DNA of 63,234 nt, counting the filler, from Reticulomyxa filosa (taxonomy: Eukaryota; Protista; Foraminifera): the NCBI GenBank assembly GCA_000512085.1. It is 24 parts of 24 records of this genome, joined end to end, with 100 filler letters (N's around TTAATTAATTAA, not from the genome) between each part and the next. Parts side by side here need not be neighbours in the genome. Positions count along the whole stretch, not along the records: positions 38,152 to 42,918 come from ASPP01008408.1; positions 43,019 to 44,369 come from ASPP01009632.1; positions 44,470 to 47,672 come from ASPP01020766.1; positions 47,773 to 48,870 come from ASPP01033441.1; positions 48,971 to 51,560 come from ASPP01018019.1; 19 more parts are not named here. One strand, given 5' to 3'. Made by a program: the position numbers and the translations under genes. Below the pieces are notes generated by a model. It searched no databases and had not been told where the DNA came from. It saw only the letters and a list, made by a program, of their open reading frames with translations. Positions 38,318 through 51,660 of this stretch are shown in pieces. Every line of letters starts with the position of its first letter. The stretch's first letter is position 1.

Positions 38318-40651
38318 TGGCACAATCAATCACACAGAAAAGAGTACATAATGACAACACTGAAAATGCCGAAAAAGCGTTTGAATTGTATAAACAATCC
38401 AGTGTGACGGTTGCAAAATTGATTCGACAATTTCTGCGTCCAGAGTGGTTCCATCAGATGGAGCATGGATTACTGTTGGCTAAAGTGATCGACGTGCTGA
38501 AGAAACTGCTGACCGCCAGTGACATTCCCTCGCGTGTCATGCTGTGTGATGTCATGTTCCACATTTTGCTATTGGAATTCACCAAGCGCAAGTCGTACTT
38601 CCAATTGCAATATTTCCAGCAATTTGAGCCGCACTTTGGATATTGGGCAAACACGCTACAGTCTCAAATGTTGCCATTGCTGAAGCAGCGATACAAGCAA
38701 GATTTGAGAGCTGTGAAGAGAGCGTCGACAATGGCACGTCTTGATGAGGAGAATAAAGATAAGGAGAATAAAGATAAGGACAAGAACAATGACAGCGATA
38801 AATCAAAAGAAAATGCACAAGTGCAAAGTCAATCATTGGAATTAACATTGTCAAATGTATCGAAATGGCAAAGTATGGCCAATTCCTCCTCCTCCTCCTC
38901 TTTCTCCTTTTCTTCTTCTTCTTCTGCAAACAATGCGATCAACAGCGAAGAGAAGAAAAGACAGTTAATGCACTTTGTGGCAATGAACCCGGAATGTTCG
39001 CTGAAGAATGTCATTCGCAAGCTGTTGAACACCTCGCAGCAGCTGATCGCATTGCATGTGCTACGGTCTCATGACCAGCCCTCGTCCATTCATGAGGACG
39101 ATGTCAGCAACAGCACAAGCATCCCGTTACCAATGTACGGACATTTGACCAACTTCTTTTTGTCAATGATCGGCACTCTCGGCTTGGAGATGGACGACGA
39201 CAGCGCCGTCTTTGTATTGAATCACTACCCCTTGCTATTCTTGGAGCGCAAAATGGACCTGGAGTGCGTTCCTTTTCAGTATCGCGACGAGTTCATTTGC
39301 AAGACGCTGGATATGGTCATCCAACTCTGCGTCGACCAAAAAAAAGCCGTACGTTTTTACAAGAGTCAGCAGTTGTTCCGGAAGAAGCAGAAGGAATTGT
39401 ATGAGTCATACTTGCACGAGAAGAAAACACTCGGAGAAACGGGACAGTCGGACCGACGTCCAAAGCCGAAGAAGAAGCGTTCGGGAACGACGAAGCGGAA
39501 CAAGTCCGGAAGATCCGAGGATATATCTCCGAAAGCGATTGCAGCAGATGACTATTGCGATGAGTATGGTCCAGATGAGCCCACCAAACAAACATGGAGT
39601 GGTAGTGGAAATGATACGTACTTGGATGATTGCGTCATCCCAACGACAACAGCAACAGCGACGATAACAACTACCGCTGCTGCTGTTGCTGCTGTTGCAA
39701 CAACAACAACAACAAATGCTGCTACGTTTGCAAATGCAATGTATACGACGTCAGGAACAACAGCAGTAACAATGCGCAAGATTCCTTCACGACATGCGAC
39801 AATGACACCCACACCTTCGGTGTATGGAGGAGATATGCCGCACTCGTATCAAGAAGAAATACGACTGCGACAAAAGCAATTGGTTGCCTACTTGTGCGAC
39901 AAACTGCATTTGTTTTCGCTAAACCAACTCCTCACTATTCACTCCTGTCTCACCAAGTCTGTCGATAACATTCTCCAAACCTTGGCTGGCGCTATTACCT
40001 CTCTCACCAATGGCAACTCTAATATCTCCACTTCGTTTGCACAGTCAATGATGTCCAAGGACGAAACCTTCTATGAACAGATTAGTCGCTTTTGCGCGAC
40101 GCAAGGCAACGACGACAATGTGCTTTCGACGCTGCTATGGTCGGCCCCTTGGTGGCTGTCTCTGAGCTTGAAGATGCTCCTGCGCATGCGACAGCTGCTT
40201 CGAGATGCGGATGACAACAAAGACGACTTGCAAATATTGGCGACGTATCATACGTTTGCAAAGGACAAATCGCAGAGTGATTCGATCTCCACCAATGCAC
40301 GTGTCATTATGCAATGCGCGCAATTGCTTGACAAGGTTTTGCAACAGTTTTCCGGCATGTTGGATGTGGCACACATTTTGGATGAACTCTACAAACACAG
40401 TGATTATGTCATCGCTTGCGTTGTGTACGACAAGCTGAACAATCTTCACGATTATACCTTGGCTTTGATCCATTATGTCCAACTCGTCCATCGTCAGGAA
40501 TTCATTCAAAATGCTCAATTTCGACACTTCATTTTATACGACTTGCTGCTGCCAAAATTGCTGCTACTCACTCCTGTCAATTTCTACTTGAGTCAAGTCA
40601 ACAAACAGAAGGGATTGCATTCCTTGGAAGAATTGAAACCTTACGTCACTG

Positions 40652-40686
<35 letters not shown>

Positions 40687-40995
40687 AACAATGACAGCAA
40701 TGTCACACCTATTCCTGCCAAATTAATCATGGACAGTGGACTTACTGTTGGACAGAGTCGATGCTTGACTCAAGTCTTTGTTTTGTGGACCATGCTGCAA
40801 TGTCCGATTCTCGAGGTGGAAAAGTTGTGCTTTGACCACTTTGACTATGTCAAGTTTGGACTGGTCGATGTCTTGTTCAACAGTTGGACCAAATATCAAT
40901 CTGCTTTCACAAACGAACAAATGCCTTTCTTTTCTCCCAAACTCATGTTCAAATTGACACGTTTCTCTATGCAGCACAACCTTACCAAAGACTAA
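38318..40995 (+). CDS. Large alpha-helical hypothetical protein (internal exon, ~890 aa)
   Basis: 2.7-kb uninterrupted, GC-elevated ORF flanked by intron-like (TA)n and poly-T, with low-complexity S/T/N inserts. Family not recognised. Confidence 0.8.
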
Positions 40996-41669
40996 TTTTT
41001 TTTTTTTTTCTTTTGCTTTTGTTATTGCCATTTGTTTGTAATACACTCTGTGCTTTATCTCCGACACTTTTTTTTTCCCCCCCCCAAAAAACAAAAAGAC
41101 TGCACTTATTTCAATTAGAAAACAAAAACTTGTACTTTTTCAATGAAAAACTCTTTTTTAATTAGTTCATATTATCTGTATTTACAATTCATTTCTATTG
41201 GTCTTCAAGTATTGACGAATGTTTGTGCGACAAATTTTTATATACGTGTATATGGTTCAAAACGCTGCATGTTTTGTGATGGCTCGGTCGCAATTATTTT
41301 CCGGACAGAGTAAACAGAAAGGAAAGTAGTTATTTTTGTTAAGATAAACCTGGACTTAAGCTTATCCCTAGCAATAGAATAACTAAACTAAGTTACATTT
41401 TGGAAGAAAATATTTAAAATTGCAAAATTTAAACGGCAGACAGGGCGTGATAATATTTGAAAATAGTTCGCATGTTCTTTTATCTAAACACTAAATAGCG
41501 AACATATATATAAAAAATAAAAAGCAAAATTGCTCTAGACATGACAACCAATGAGGTAAAAAAGCGCAATTAGCTTTTGAGTAAGATCATAAAAGTGGAC
41601 AAGTGAGGGGGGTACTGTTTTTTTTTTTTTAATGTTCGGAGAGAAGGGGGAAACAAACAAAAAAAAAAA

Positions 41670-42896
41670 ATGCGACAGGAGCCAGAAGAAAAGAAGGTAA
41701 CAAACAAAGGCAAGACAAAAGTAGAAAAAAAGAGCCCCTTGACGACGGATGATATCCAATCGATGATAGCAAAAGGAGACAAAGTGTCATTTCGCTATGA
41801 TGCATCCCGAAACGATCCATGGATGGAAGGGACATTTTATGCATTCGATGAGAATGATGCGAGCCAAGCGTTTGTGACAGTGGACCACAACAACGGACAA
41901 TGGGAGATAATATCAGTGAAGAATGACCCATCGCATATGCGAAAGAAAGTGGGGACATTTGAATCGCAAGGGACCATACATCATAGCGATGGTGATCAAG
42001 CAAATGTCGACCAATCGCCGTTTGTGGACATGCCAATGTCGCCAACGCCGGACGACATATCATTGGCATATGTTCAGTTGCATAATGGTCAGTTGACATT
42101 GGAGAACTCAGTGACGGAGTTATCCGAATGGTCTGGCAATGTCAGCGACACGGCTTCAGAAAAGATGCCACTAACCACACCACCATCTCCTCAGCAATCG
42201 CAATTGCAACATCAATCTCAATCTCAATCACAATCTCAATCTCAATCTCAATCTCAATCACGATCACAATCGCAGACAAACAAACAACCCTCCCCTTCCA
42301 CATCAAAGCAGAAGAAGAAGAAGCACGTTTCGCCAAAGAAGGACGGCAAGATCAAAAGCAACTTGAGACAAGGCAACCGACGCGCACAAACGTTGCCACT
42401 CCACATCAAATCGCAAAAGGCAAAGACACCCAATCCACGTGACTTTGAGCGGTCCAAAGAGCGTCGCAAGCGTACGCAAACATATCACGACGAAGAGAAA
42501 AGTGATGGTCTTCTCGACAACGATAACAACGATAACAACGATAACAATGATAACAACAATAATAATAATAATAATGATGACAGTAGCGTCAAAAAAAATG
42601 TCACCAAAAAACACAATGTCAATAGCAAAAGCAGTGTCATCTCCGAAGACTACTTCTTCGCCAATCCAAATCTGAGTCCCGACTCGCCCGACCTCAACGA
42701 CTTGGATGAAAAGTCCTCGGTGAAGGGTGCCGAAAAGGTGAAGCCGCCGCCGTCGCTGGAAAAAAAGCGAGTCGAAACTTGGAACTGTCCCGAAGTCGCT
42801 CGATGGCTGTATTACACTCAAAATGGCAAATTTCGCTCTTACGTCAAAAAATTCTTGGCTGCACAAATCACTGGAAAAAAACTGTTATTTAATTAA
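41670..42896 (+). CDS. SAM-domain protein with long disordered region, 3' truncated
   Basis: C-terminal VETWNCPEVARWL...FRSYVKKFLAAQITGKKLL matches the SAM consensus (W...DV..WL...Y...F....IDG..LL). Contains (SQ)n and N/D repeats. Confidence 0.8.
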   Translation: MRQEPEEKKVTNKGKTKVEKKSPLTTDDIQSMIAKGDKVSFRYDASRNDPWMEGTFYAFDENDASQAFVTVDHNNGQWEIISVKNDPSHMRKKVGTFESQGTIHHSDGDQANVDQSPFVDMPMSPTPDDISLAYVQLHNGQLTLENSVTELSEWSGNVSDTASEKMPLTTPPSPQQSQLQHQSQSQSQSQSQSQSQSRSQSQTNKQPSPSTSKQKKKKHVSPKKDGKIKSNLRQGNRRAQTLPLHIKSQKAKTPNPRDFERSKERRKRTQTYHDEEKSDGLLDNDNNDNNDNNDNNNNNNNNDDSSVKKNVTKKHNVNSKSSVISEDYFFANPNLSPDSPDLNDLDEKSSVKGAEKVKPPPSLEKKRVETWNCPEVARWLYYTQNGKFRSYVKKFLAAQITGKKLLFN

Positions 42897-44469
42897 TTTT
42901 TTTTTTTTTTTTTTTTTTNNNNNNNNNNNNNNNNNNNNNNNNNNNNNNNNNNNNNNNNNNNNTTAATTAATTAANNNNNNNNNNNNNNNNNNNNNNNNNN
43001 NNNNNNNNNNNNNNNNNNAAATAAAATGATCTTGATGTTTTCGTATTTTTTTATGTTCATTATCGGATGATACAATAATAATTTAGAGGATTAAATGCGA
43101 GCTTTTAGTAGTACTATTGTAGAAAGCAAGGACATGTGCCTTAACTGGTTGCACGAAGGTTATTGTTTTTTGAATTGTTTGCTTATTAAGAAAGGACGGA
43201 AAAATGTTTTTGGTATCATTGTGTGTCCATTGTGCAAGACTTTTTCACTGTCCACAAAAAAGTTTGTTCGTTTGTTGACGATTGAAAATTTTTAACATAG
43301 TTTTTGATTTTAGGAGAAAAAGCACATTTTTATTTTCGCAAATGTTTTTTGAAACGCAAGCTTTGTAATTTGGATCTTCACATTCACCAACTGAAACGAG
43401 TGTCTTACAAAAAGCAATATTTTCAATAAAACTCATAAAATTTCGATACAAAACCGAAAAGGACAAAAAAGGTGTATCATTTGAGTCAAATTAGCAAGAA
43501 CTAAGCAATATCTTTCTAATGACTTTTTTAATACCAATAAAGAAGTAGCGTTGGGCTTATGAACTCGAAAACGTTTTCAGGGACTATGCTTAAAATTTAA
43601 ATTTACACATCACCAAATGCAAGCACATTTGCAAAGACAAACAAAATCAGCATTTTTTATCGTTGAAAAAGGCGGGCTTCGAAGAGATGTTGATGATCAA
43701 AGTGTAAAATACTATGCTAGTGCCAACGTCGGCACAAACGTCAACGCTTTGAGTTGGTAATAATCGTGTTCCCGTTTGTTCGCAAAGACAACTTTGGAGA
43801 AAGCGCATTGTTATGTGGAGAAAAGCACAATTGTATCATTGATGCTTTGGATAGATGTTGGATGACGGTGTTTTTATGCATATCAAAAAAATGAAAATGG
43901 AGAAATTGATGATGTTGTAGTATATTTCTTATTTAGTTTACTATAATATTATATATTTATATATAATATAATCAAATGTGATAAATTTGTTTCGAATATA
44001 GAAACGTGTATGTAACAATTGCATATCATTTGAAACACTTATGTTGATTTAATACTGGATAAGCAACAAAATAACAACGTAGTTATATAATCAAATAATA
44101 ATTTGTAGCGAAGCAAAGTACTTAAATATAACTATAAAAGTGCAAAAAAGTAATAATAATATTATAATGATTGATATCATACAATATATTTTGTCAAAAA
44201 AGAAATACGACAAATTGAAATAATATGCATTACTTATTAAAGTGTTTATACAAAATATATGCAAAAGATATAAAATGGCACATTATAAAGATAATTGATT
44301 TTTTTCATGAAAAATAATTTCAAATATTGTAGTTTTAAAATATTGTAGTGCAAGGCCATATAAATATCTNNNNNNNNNNNNNNNNNNNNNNNNNNNNNNN
44401 NNNNNNNNNNNNNTTAATTAATTAANNNNNNNNNNNNNNNNNNNNNNNNNNNNNNNNNNNNNNNNNNNN

Positions 44470-46806
44470 GTGATAGTGTCACCACAAGAGCATGAAGCAA
44501 TAACGAAAATATACGAGCGATACAATCGTGCGAAGCAATTGTTGGCAGAACTGGACCGAAGTGTGAGCGCCATGGAAGAGCGCAAAACCCAATGCAAAGA
44601 CCAAATCACCACCCAAATGACAAAACTCGTGCAACAGTTGGAAAACAAGAAAACGTATTTGATAAGCGAAATGAGCAACGTGAAATTGGAAAAGAAAAGC
44701 AAGTTGCAAAGACAATTGAATGATTTGAATAGCTATCGTGACGCCATTAATGAGGTTAATTTTTATTATTATTATTATTTATAATATGTATACATTAAGG
44801 AATATTTACATACTAAGGCAACATAATGTCGCATGCAAAAAAAAAAAAAAAAAAAAAGGGGGAGAAAAAGTTTTTTTAAATTAAAAAAAAAAAAAAAAAA
44901 GGGGAAACGAAGATACGAAGAGTGGATTGGCGATGAATCATTGGATGTCCATTTGAGACGTCGAAAAGTGATACAGTTGGCCAATAGCATACTTGATTCA
45001 AAGCCGTCGATGGTGATGGTGACACAGCCCAATGTCAAGTTTGCCTTTGACGAAGCGACCTTGAAGAAATACCTCTCACAAATCATTGTCGATGATTGCG
45101 ATCAGCCGGGCGCCCCCACTCTTAACATTGTCAAGATTCTTCACAATACTGCTGAGGTAAAATGCAAACAAGCATAGCAATAACAATTATACATATACAT
45201 ATACATATACTTATACTTATACTTATACTTATACATATATAAAAAAATAAATAAATATATGTAGATAAGCTGGACAATGCCAATGAAAGATCTTCAAAAA
45301 ATATTGTTTGCGTTTGCAATCGAAATTGCGTTTGTGAAATCCGTAGAAAAGACAAAAAAGAAAAAAGAGAAAAAAAAAGACAAGAAAAAGAAAAAAAAGA
45401 AAAGAAAGGAACAGCGACGCGAGTGACTCCAACTCGAGTGAGTCATCCGATGATGACGACAGCGATGAGTCAAGTGAAGAAAGTCCATCGGAAGAAGAAG
45501 AAGAAGACGACGAGGAGGCCAGCGGCTCTTCCTTTCGGATAAAGACAAGGACGATGAAGATGATGACGACGACGAAGACGAGAAGGAAGACAAAGACGAC
45601 TCGTCGTCTAACAGCGACGACAGCGATAACAAGAAGGAAGAGGTCGCCTCTTCGTCGCGACTTAAACGCAATCGAATCGCTCCGGTCGACAAAAAAGAAG
45701 ACAACGAATACGTTATCGAAAAAGTCGACGAAGGCGCCGATCTGGTCTCTGACAAAGATGGCAAAATCAAAACATTGGAATGGACCGTCTCTCAAATCGT
45801 TTCTGTTGACAAACTGCCCAAAGGAAAATTTTTGTGGACTATCCGAGTTTAATACGAAATATACATACATATATGTATATATTTGTATTTGTGTGTTATT
45901 ATATTATTATTGCTTATTTATACATACATGTATATATATATATATATGTATATATGTATATATTGACTGACTAATCTTTGGACAGAAATTGAAACCAAGA
46001 AGCGTCTATTTGTTGCGAATGAGAGCGAAAAATTCCAGTGGGTGGGGACTATACAGTTTCCCTGCCACTCAGCTCGTCACAAAGGACTGCGATATTGAAA
46101 GCAAGATTTTGAAACCGAAAGAACAAGAAATGCTGTCGAAATGGATGCCAAAGAAATATACTCAGAAAAAGTGGAAGCTGCTACTTCGCGCCAGCAAAGA
46201 TGGCTTTGATTCTGCCACTTTCCATCGCAAATGTGATAACAAAGGGCCGACTGTCGTTATTGTGCATAGCCATTTGGGGCATGTATTTGGAGGGTATGTT
46301 TTATTGCTTTTACACTCTGAGAAAGAAGCACGATACGAGAGGAGAGAGATATATTTATTTTAATATTTTTTTTCTTAAATTAATTGATCGTACAAATATT
46401 TATTTGATGCACGTTACAATAACCTCTATGTATACGTACACCTATAAAAATATATATGTACATACAAACATTTGGTTACCGAAAAATGAAAGGTATTCTT
46501 CGGTGTCTTGGACTTCTGTCAACAATTATGCCAACGACAGCAATGCATTTATCTTTTTATTGAGAAGTTCTCGTGGAGAGAAAGGCAAGTATACATGCAA
46601 AAACACTGGCAATGCGGTATATCATCACCAATCTTACGGTCCGACCTTTGGTGGTGGTTTTGATTTCTATCTTTGTTCTGGCTGCAATTCCACCAGTGGC
46701 TCTTATTCCAATGCTGGATATAGCTTCAACTGTGCTTCTGATCAAACCTGCTTGCTGGTGCTTACAATTTTACTGTCAAGGCTACGAAGTATTCCTTTTG
46801 AAATGA
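44470..46806 (+). CDS. Coiled-coil + fibronectin type III + TLDc domain protein (5' truncated, 5 exons)
   Basis: FN3: PGAPTL...AE|ISW ... LKPRSVYLLRMRAKNSSGWGLYS. TLDc: WKLLLRASKDGFDSATFHRKCDNKGPTVVIV...VFGG|YSS..W...DSNAFIFLL...YGPTFGGG. Introns at 44755-44901, 45157-45264, 45847-45985 and 46294-46492. Small indels in the low-complexity insert and the last exon. Confidence 0.88.
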
Positions 46807-47211
46807 TCTTCTCTCTTCTTATTCTTGTTTGTTCAACAGTGCACTTGCAGAGAAAAGTAAAACAATGGTTGTCTTTTGTTTTTAAGACAGCTTTATGGAA
46901 CAAAAAATGTGTTCTCTTTTTTGTATTGTGAATATGCCTTGGTGTTATAAATTTTGGGCGATAAAAAGTCTTGGTCCAAACAGTTATAATTTTCAAAATA
47001 CATGAAAAAAAAATCCACTTATTCCGGCTTAACTTTCTGTGCAATTTCTTTCTTTCATTGAGTTCCGCCACTTTTATCACAATAAAGTATTTTCGTCTTT
47101 GAAACACGTATTCTGTATTGTTTTTTCAACAAAACAGAACGGAAGGAGGAAAAAAAAAGGGGGTAATCGTGTTCACTTTGTTTGAGTTGTTTTAATAATC
47201 ACAACAATATA

Positions 47212-47597
47212 ATGCCTCGAGAGATTATCACACTTCAAGTCGGACAATGTGGCAATCAAAGTTACTATTATTTATACTTTTTATTTTCTCTTGTTTGTTT
47301 GCGGAAACTGACACCGGACCAAAACACATTAACACAGTCGGAACTGAATTTTGGGGTCGATTAATCGCCGAGCATGGCATTGGACCGTAAGTTTTCTTTT
47401 TTTTAAAAAAAGGCACATATAGCAACAAGAATTTACGACCACATATCAACATTTCTTTTTTGAATTGGCAAATAAACAGAGATGGTATTGTAAAGGAGTT
47501 TGCGACGGAAGGAACGGATCGCAAGGATGTGTTTTTTTATCAAGCCGACGATCAACATTACATTCCACGTGCTTTGCTCATTGACTTGGAGCCGAGA
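47212..47597 (+). CDS. TUBG1: Gamma-tubulin, first three exons (truncated by contig end)
   Basis: The spliced product [35 protein letters not shown]...[27 protein letters not shown] is diagnostic. Introns at 47261-47337 and 47387-47479. Confidence 0.97.
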
Positions 47598-47772
47598 GTT
47601 TGTTTTATATATGTATATGTATATGTATATAATATACATGTATACCGCTTTTATATGCTTTTCACCTCTTTTNNNNNNNNNNNNNNNNNNNNNNNNNNNN
47701 NNNNNNNNNNNNNNNNTTAATTAATTAANNNNNNNNNNNNNNNNNNNNNNNNNNNNNNNNNNNNNNNNNNNN

Positions 47773-48715
47773 CTCCAATGACATTCACACATGTACCATT
47801 CTCAGTCAAAACTGCAGTACCAGAGCCCAATGGAATAGGCAAAGTATGTTCAAACATCGTCCATTTGTCTTCTTCAATAGAATATTTGTGCACTTTGTTT
47901 CCCCATTTTCCGAAATCCATTCCGCCAAAAAATAGTACATTATTGTCATTAACACGTACATATGCATAATCATTAAGATTTGCAATACTGTCACAAACAG
48001 ACAAGCGATGGCCTTGAAATGTATTTCTGTCTTCATCATATTCAATTAACAATCCTGTCTTTTTACAAAATAACAGCATTTCATTCTTTTTTTGATTTCT
48101 GTTTTCACGTCTGGAAATAAAACAAGGGTATTGAATATAATCGTCAACTAGAAAAGTACTACGATTAATATATTTAAAAGTATTTAAATTGAATACTGCA
48201 ATACTTTTTGGAGGATAGGTAATAAACAATAAATGATTATTGCTTCCTCCAATTAACGACCTTGCTCCGGTGTAGTCGTCTTCTCCTCTTTCCATTTGAA
48301 TTGGATTGTTGTGTTCATCAACTAATGGTTCCCATTTATTGAAAGCCTTATTTGTAATGATATTCATATTCCCATCATCATCCCAAACACTCTTATAATA
48401 CATTCGCAATATATTTTTGTTTCTACTCCTCCTGCCACCAAAAGATAACAAAGTGATATCATTTAATATTTTATCGTTGTTATTGCGCACATCTGCCACC
48501 ACACAGCGCACATCTGTCACACAGTGCACATCCATTTTGGTATAGGAACAAATTGATTTGTACTGCTTTCTAATCATATTGTATGAAAAGCATTCGCTTT
48601 CTGGGTCGCTTCCACAAAGCAGCAATTCTTTTTTGTACACCACGCATTGACTACGACGTAGTGAAACTGGCAAAGAAGGCAATGTTTTAAATCTAGTGAC
48701 AGTTTGCTTTGCCAT
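47773..48715 (-). CDS. Kelch/galactose-oxidase-type beta-propeller protein (lineage-expanded family), 3' truncated
   Basis: ELLLCG, LLSFGG, SLIGGSNNHLLFITYPP and VLFFGG...KYSIEEDKW...LPIPL repeats. Confidence 0.85.
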
Positions 48716-49235
48716 AGTTGTTGGTAACGTCAAAAACCTTTGGCAATTTTTTAAGTAAATGGAAACAAAAAAACTGTTTTTGGAAAAACAGAGCCAAAGG
48801 GAATCAGTAATCATTGTAGTTTATTATGTGATTATTTTTAATTGAAGTAATGATTGAACAATTACAAGAANNNNNNNNNNNNNNNNNNNNNNNNNNNNNN
48901 NNNNNNNNNNNNNNTTAATTAATTAANNNNNNNNNNNNNNNNNNNNNNNNNNNNNNNNNNNNNNNNNNNNTTGACAAGAGTGCTGATAGGTCTCTTTTGG
49001 GGGCTTATCGGCGTTTTTTTTTCATTTGTAGTCGGATCATCTTTCTTTGGATCTCTATTTTTGTGATATAACCACTGTTTTGTTTTTGTTTTTTTTTTTT
49101 ACTTGTTTTTTTTAATATTTTCGTTTTACACTTAGCATTCAAAAAAACATTTTTCTATTGTCGTTTGCAAAACTAAACTGCACATGTCCTGAAACTGTAT
49201 TTACTTGGGAATTCAAATCAAATTGGTCTGTATGT

Positions 49236-50250
49236 TCACACAAAAGTGATCAGGAAAAAAAGTTGTTTGATGAGCTGCAAAGAGAAAAAACTTTGAATCG
49301 TTCCAAGAGAACATATGCGTGCGCATGGTTTTTTTTTTACGTCACTTAATTTCTTTTCGATTGCCACCACTTTTGTCTGTAACACACAGAAGGACAAGCA
49401 GTGATAGTATAAAAAAACGAACACCTCAGCCAATCAAGAAAGTTATATTCACGACTTTGATTGGTTGAAAAATCTCTTTTTTCCCAAAACTTGCTTTGCT
49501 CCTCTTTCGGTTTCGCTTGAAGAATCGATGGCAAGCTCAGTATGTTTCTGGCTGATTCAGATTTATTAAAAGTGCTATCATTTCTTCCAAACTTTTGGTT
49601 ATTGGTAGAGGTAGTGAAAAGCGTCTATTCGTATTACATTTTCGCTTTGCTATTGGGGCCGCTTTTACACTAGTGGTCTGGTTTTGGTTGATAGATTTTT
49701 CAGACATGCTCTGAGGTTTTGAAACAGTGGACAGCTCCTTGAGATAAGGTTTGTCAAGCATAATTTGCCTCCATTTTTCCTCAATCAATTTGACTCGGGT
49801 TTCTTCTTTTCTAGATTTGAAGCCTTCGCTGGTTTCGATCAAAAGAATTGTGTTCTTGACTGTGTACTAGATATTGTGATTACATTTTTTTTTTTTTTAC
49901 CACAATATAGCTCATTCAATGTATTTTTTTATTGAGATGTATTGTGGTTTATTGCGTGTTCACACTGACATCAATTTCACAAGCACTAAACATTGAATCT
50001 AAGTTTGTGGATATTTAAAAGCTTCTTGCTACTTCTATCAACAAAACAAACGGAAAAAGGTGCAACGACATACATTTTGTACATCCCATTTGCTCAACTG
50101 AGGTTTGGAGGCTTGCTGTAAAAGCAAGAGACAGTAACTTTCGAATTCATCTTCAATTCGAGAAGAATCTTGATGAAAAATTTTTGTGACACCGGTAAAT
50201 GTCTGATTTATGGCGACAATTTTGCCCAACATGTGTCTGATATGGCTCAC
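49236..50250 (-). CDS. Hypothetical spliced protein, possibly degenerate
   Basis: Chain of minus-strand ORFs 50038..50250, 49537..49842 and 49346..49534; no family recognised. Confidence 0.3.
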
Positions 50251-51660
50251 AAAAGAAGACCTTTTTCAGGTTTCAAAAAAAGAAAACCCAACAGAAATCT
50301 TTACGAAATAGTGAACTTTAAACACTCAATAAATTTTATCTACATTTCTCTTAAGTAATCCTGTGCAGATTTCTCAAGGTTTTCTTTTGTGACATATTGA
50401 AACTGATTTAAAAATCGTAAAAAAAACCATTGCACAGATACTCTTTCATACAAACGGCAAAAAATCTTGTGGTCATCCTTTAACTGAACAACAAGTTCTT
50501 ACTCTTTCAACATTAGAAATAAGTTTTTTATTAAAAAATACAATCAACAGTAATTAACTCAAAAATCTAAAATTCTTTGCTTTTTAAAAATACCTTTCTT
50601 GTTTGGTGTTTGTGAACTTCCAAAAACTTTTCTTTCTGATGAGTTATATTGTAACAAATAACATAATAACTCAAAAGATCAAGAAAAGAAAATCTGTTTA
50701 TATTTATAATTCTGTATGATTGAGTTTTTAATTTTATGAACGAAAGGAAGCTATATTCAAATTCATGTTTTTTTTGGAGTAGAGTTTTGGGGATAAAATT
50801 TTTTGTTTTGAGTGGGGGGGGCATTTCAGTTTGATTACACTATTTAAGAAATAAATACGCCCAAGGTATATGCAATTCAATAATGTACTTTAGAGTTAAA
50901 TGTCCCTTTTTTTAAATGAGTACGCGTCATAAAGTCTTTTTTAGTACTTTTATTCAATAACATCGATACTCTAATAATAACAATTAAGACGTATCAAGTT
51001 TTTCTTTATTTAATTGTTTGATCAAATTGGTTATTTTATTTTCGGTTGCAGCTTGTATTGTTTCATTTATTAAATCCTCTGTCATTTATTTTGTATTATT
51101 ATCATTCTTTATCATTGTTGTTATTGTGACGCTTAAACATGGCATTTAAAGCAGTTTGTTGAGATCTTGCAACAGCTCCTGATATATCTTGTCCAAATCT
51201 TCTTTTGTCCAGGTCACTCTCGCGGGACATTTGCCTCTACTTCGTTGTTCGACGTGCACTCCTCCGAAAAAGTCTGGAGTTTTGCTATGTCGAGGTTCGC
51301 TTCTGCCAAACTTATGCTATTGCGCATTTGCATAACTCACTCTTGTTCATTTGTTCCTTGGACAAAGATAAAAAAAAAAAAATTCAAAAATACCATTTCC
51401 TCTTCCGAATTGTTGTCCTCATTCTTGTGATTTCTTGTTTTCATTACTTTATTTTATTTTATTTTATTTTGTGTCCATTGTCAATGTCGTATTTTCCAAG
51501 ATTTGGCAACACAACGCGAAATGAAATTGTAGCAATACGCGCGAAACAAAAACAAACCAANNNNNNNNNNNNNNNNNNNNNNNNNNNNNNNNNNNNNNNN
51601 NNNNTTAATTAATTAANNNNNNNNNNNNNNNNNNNNNNNNNNNNNNNNNNNNNNNNNNNN

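Noticed and set aside
43560-43900. Possible ankyrin-repeat remnant (KDNFGESALL)
   Set aside because: Too short and too interrupted by stops to support.
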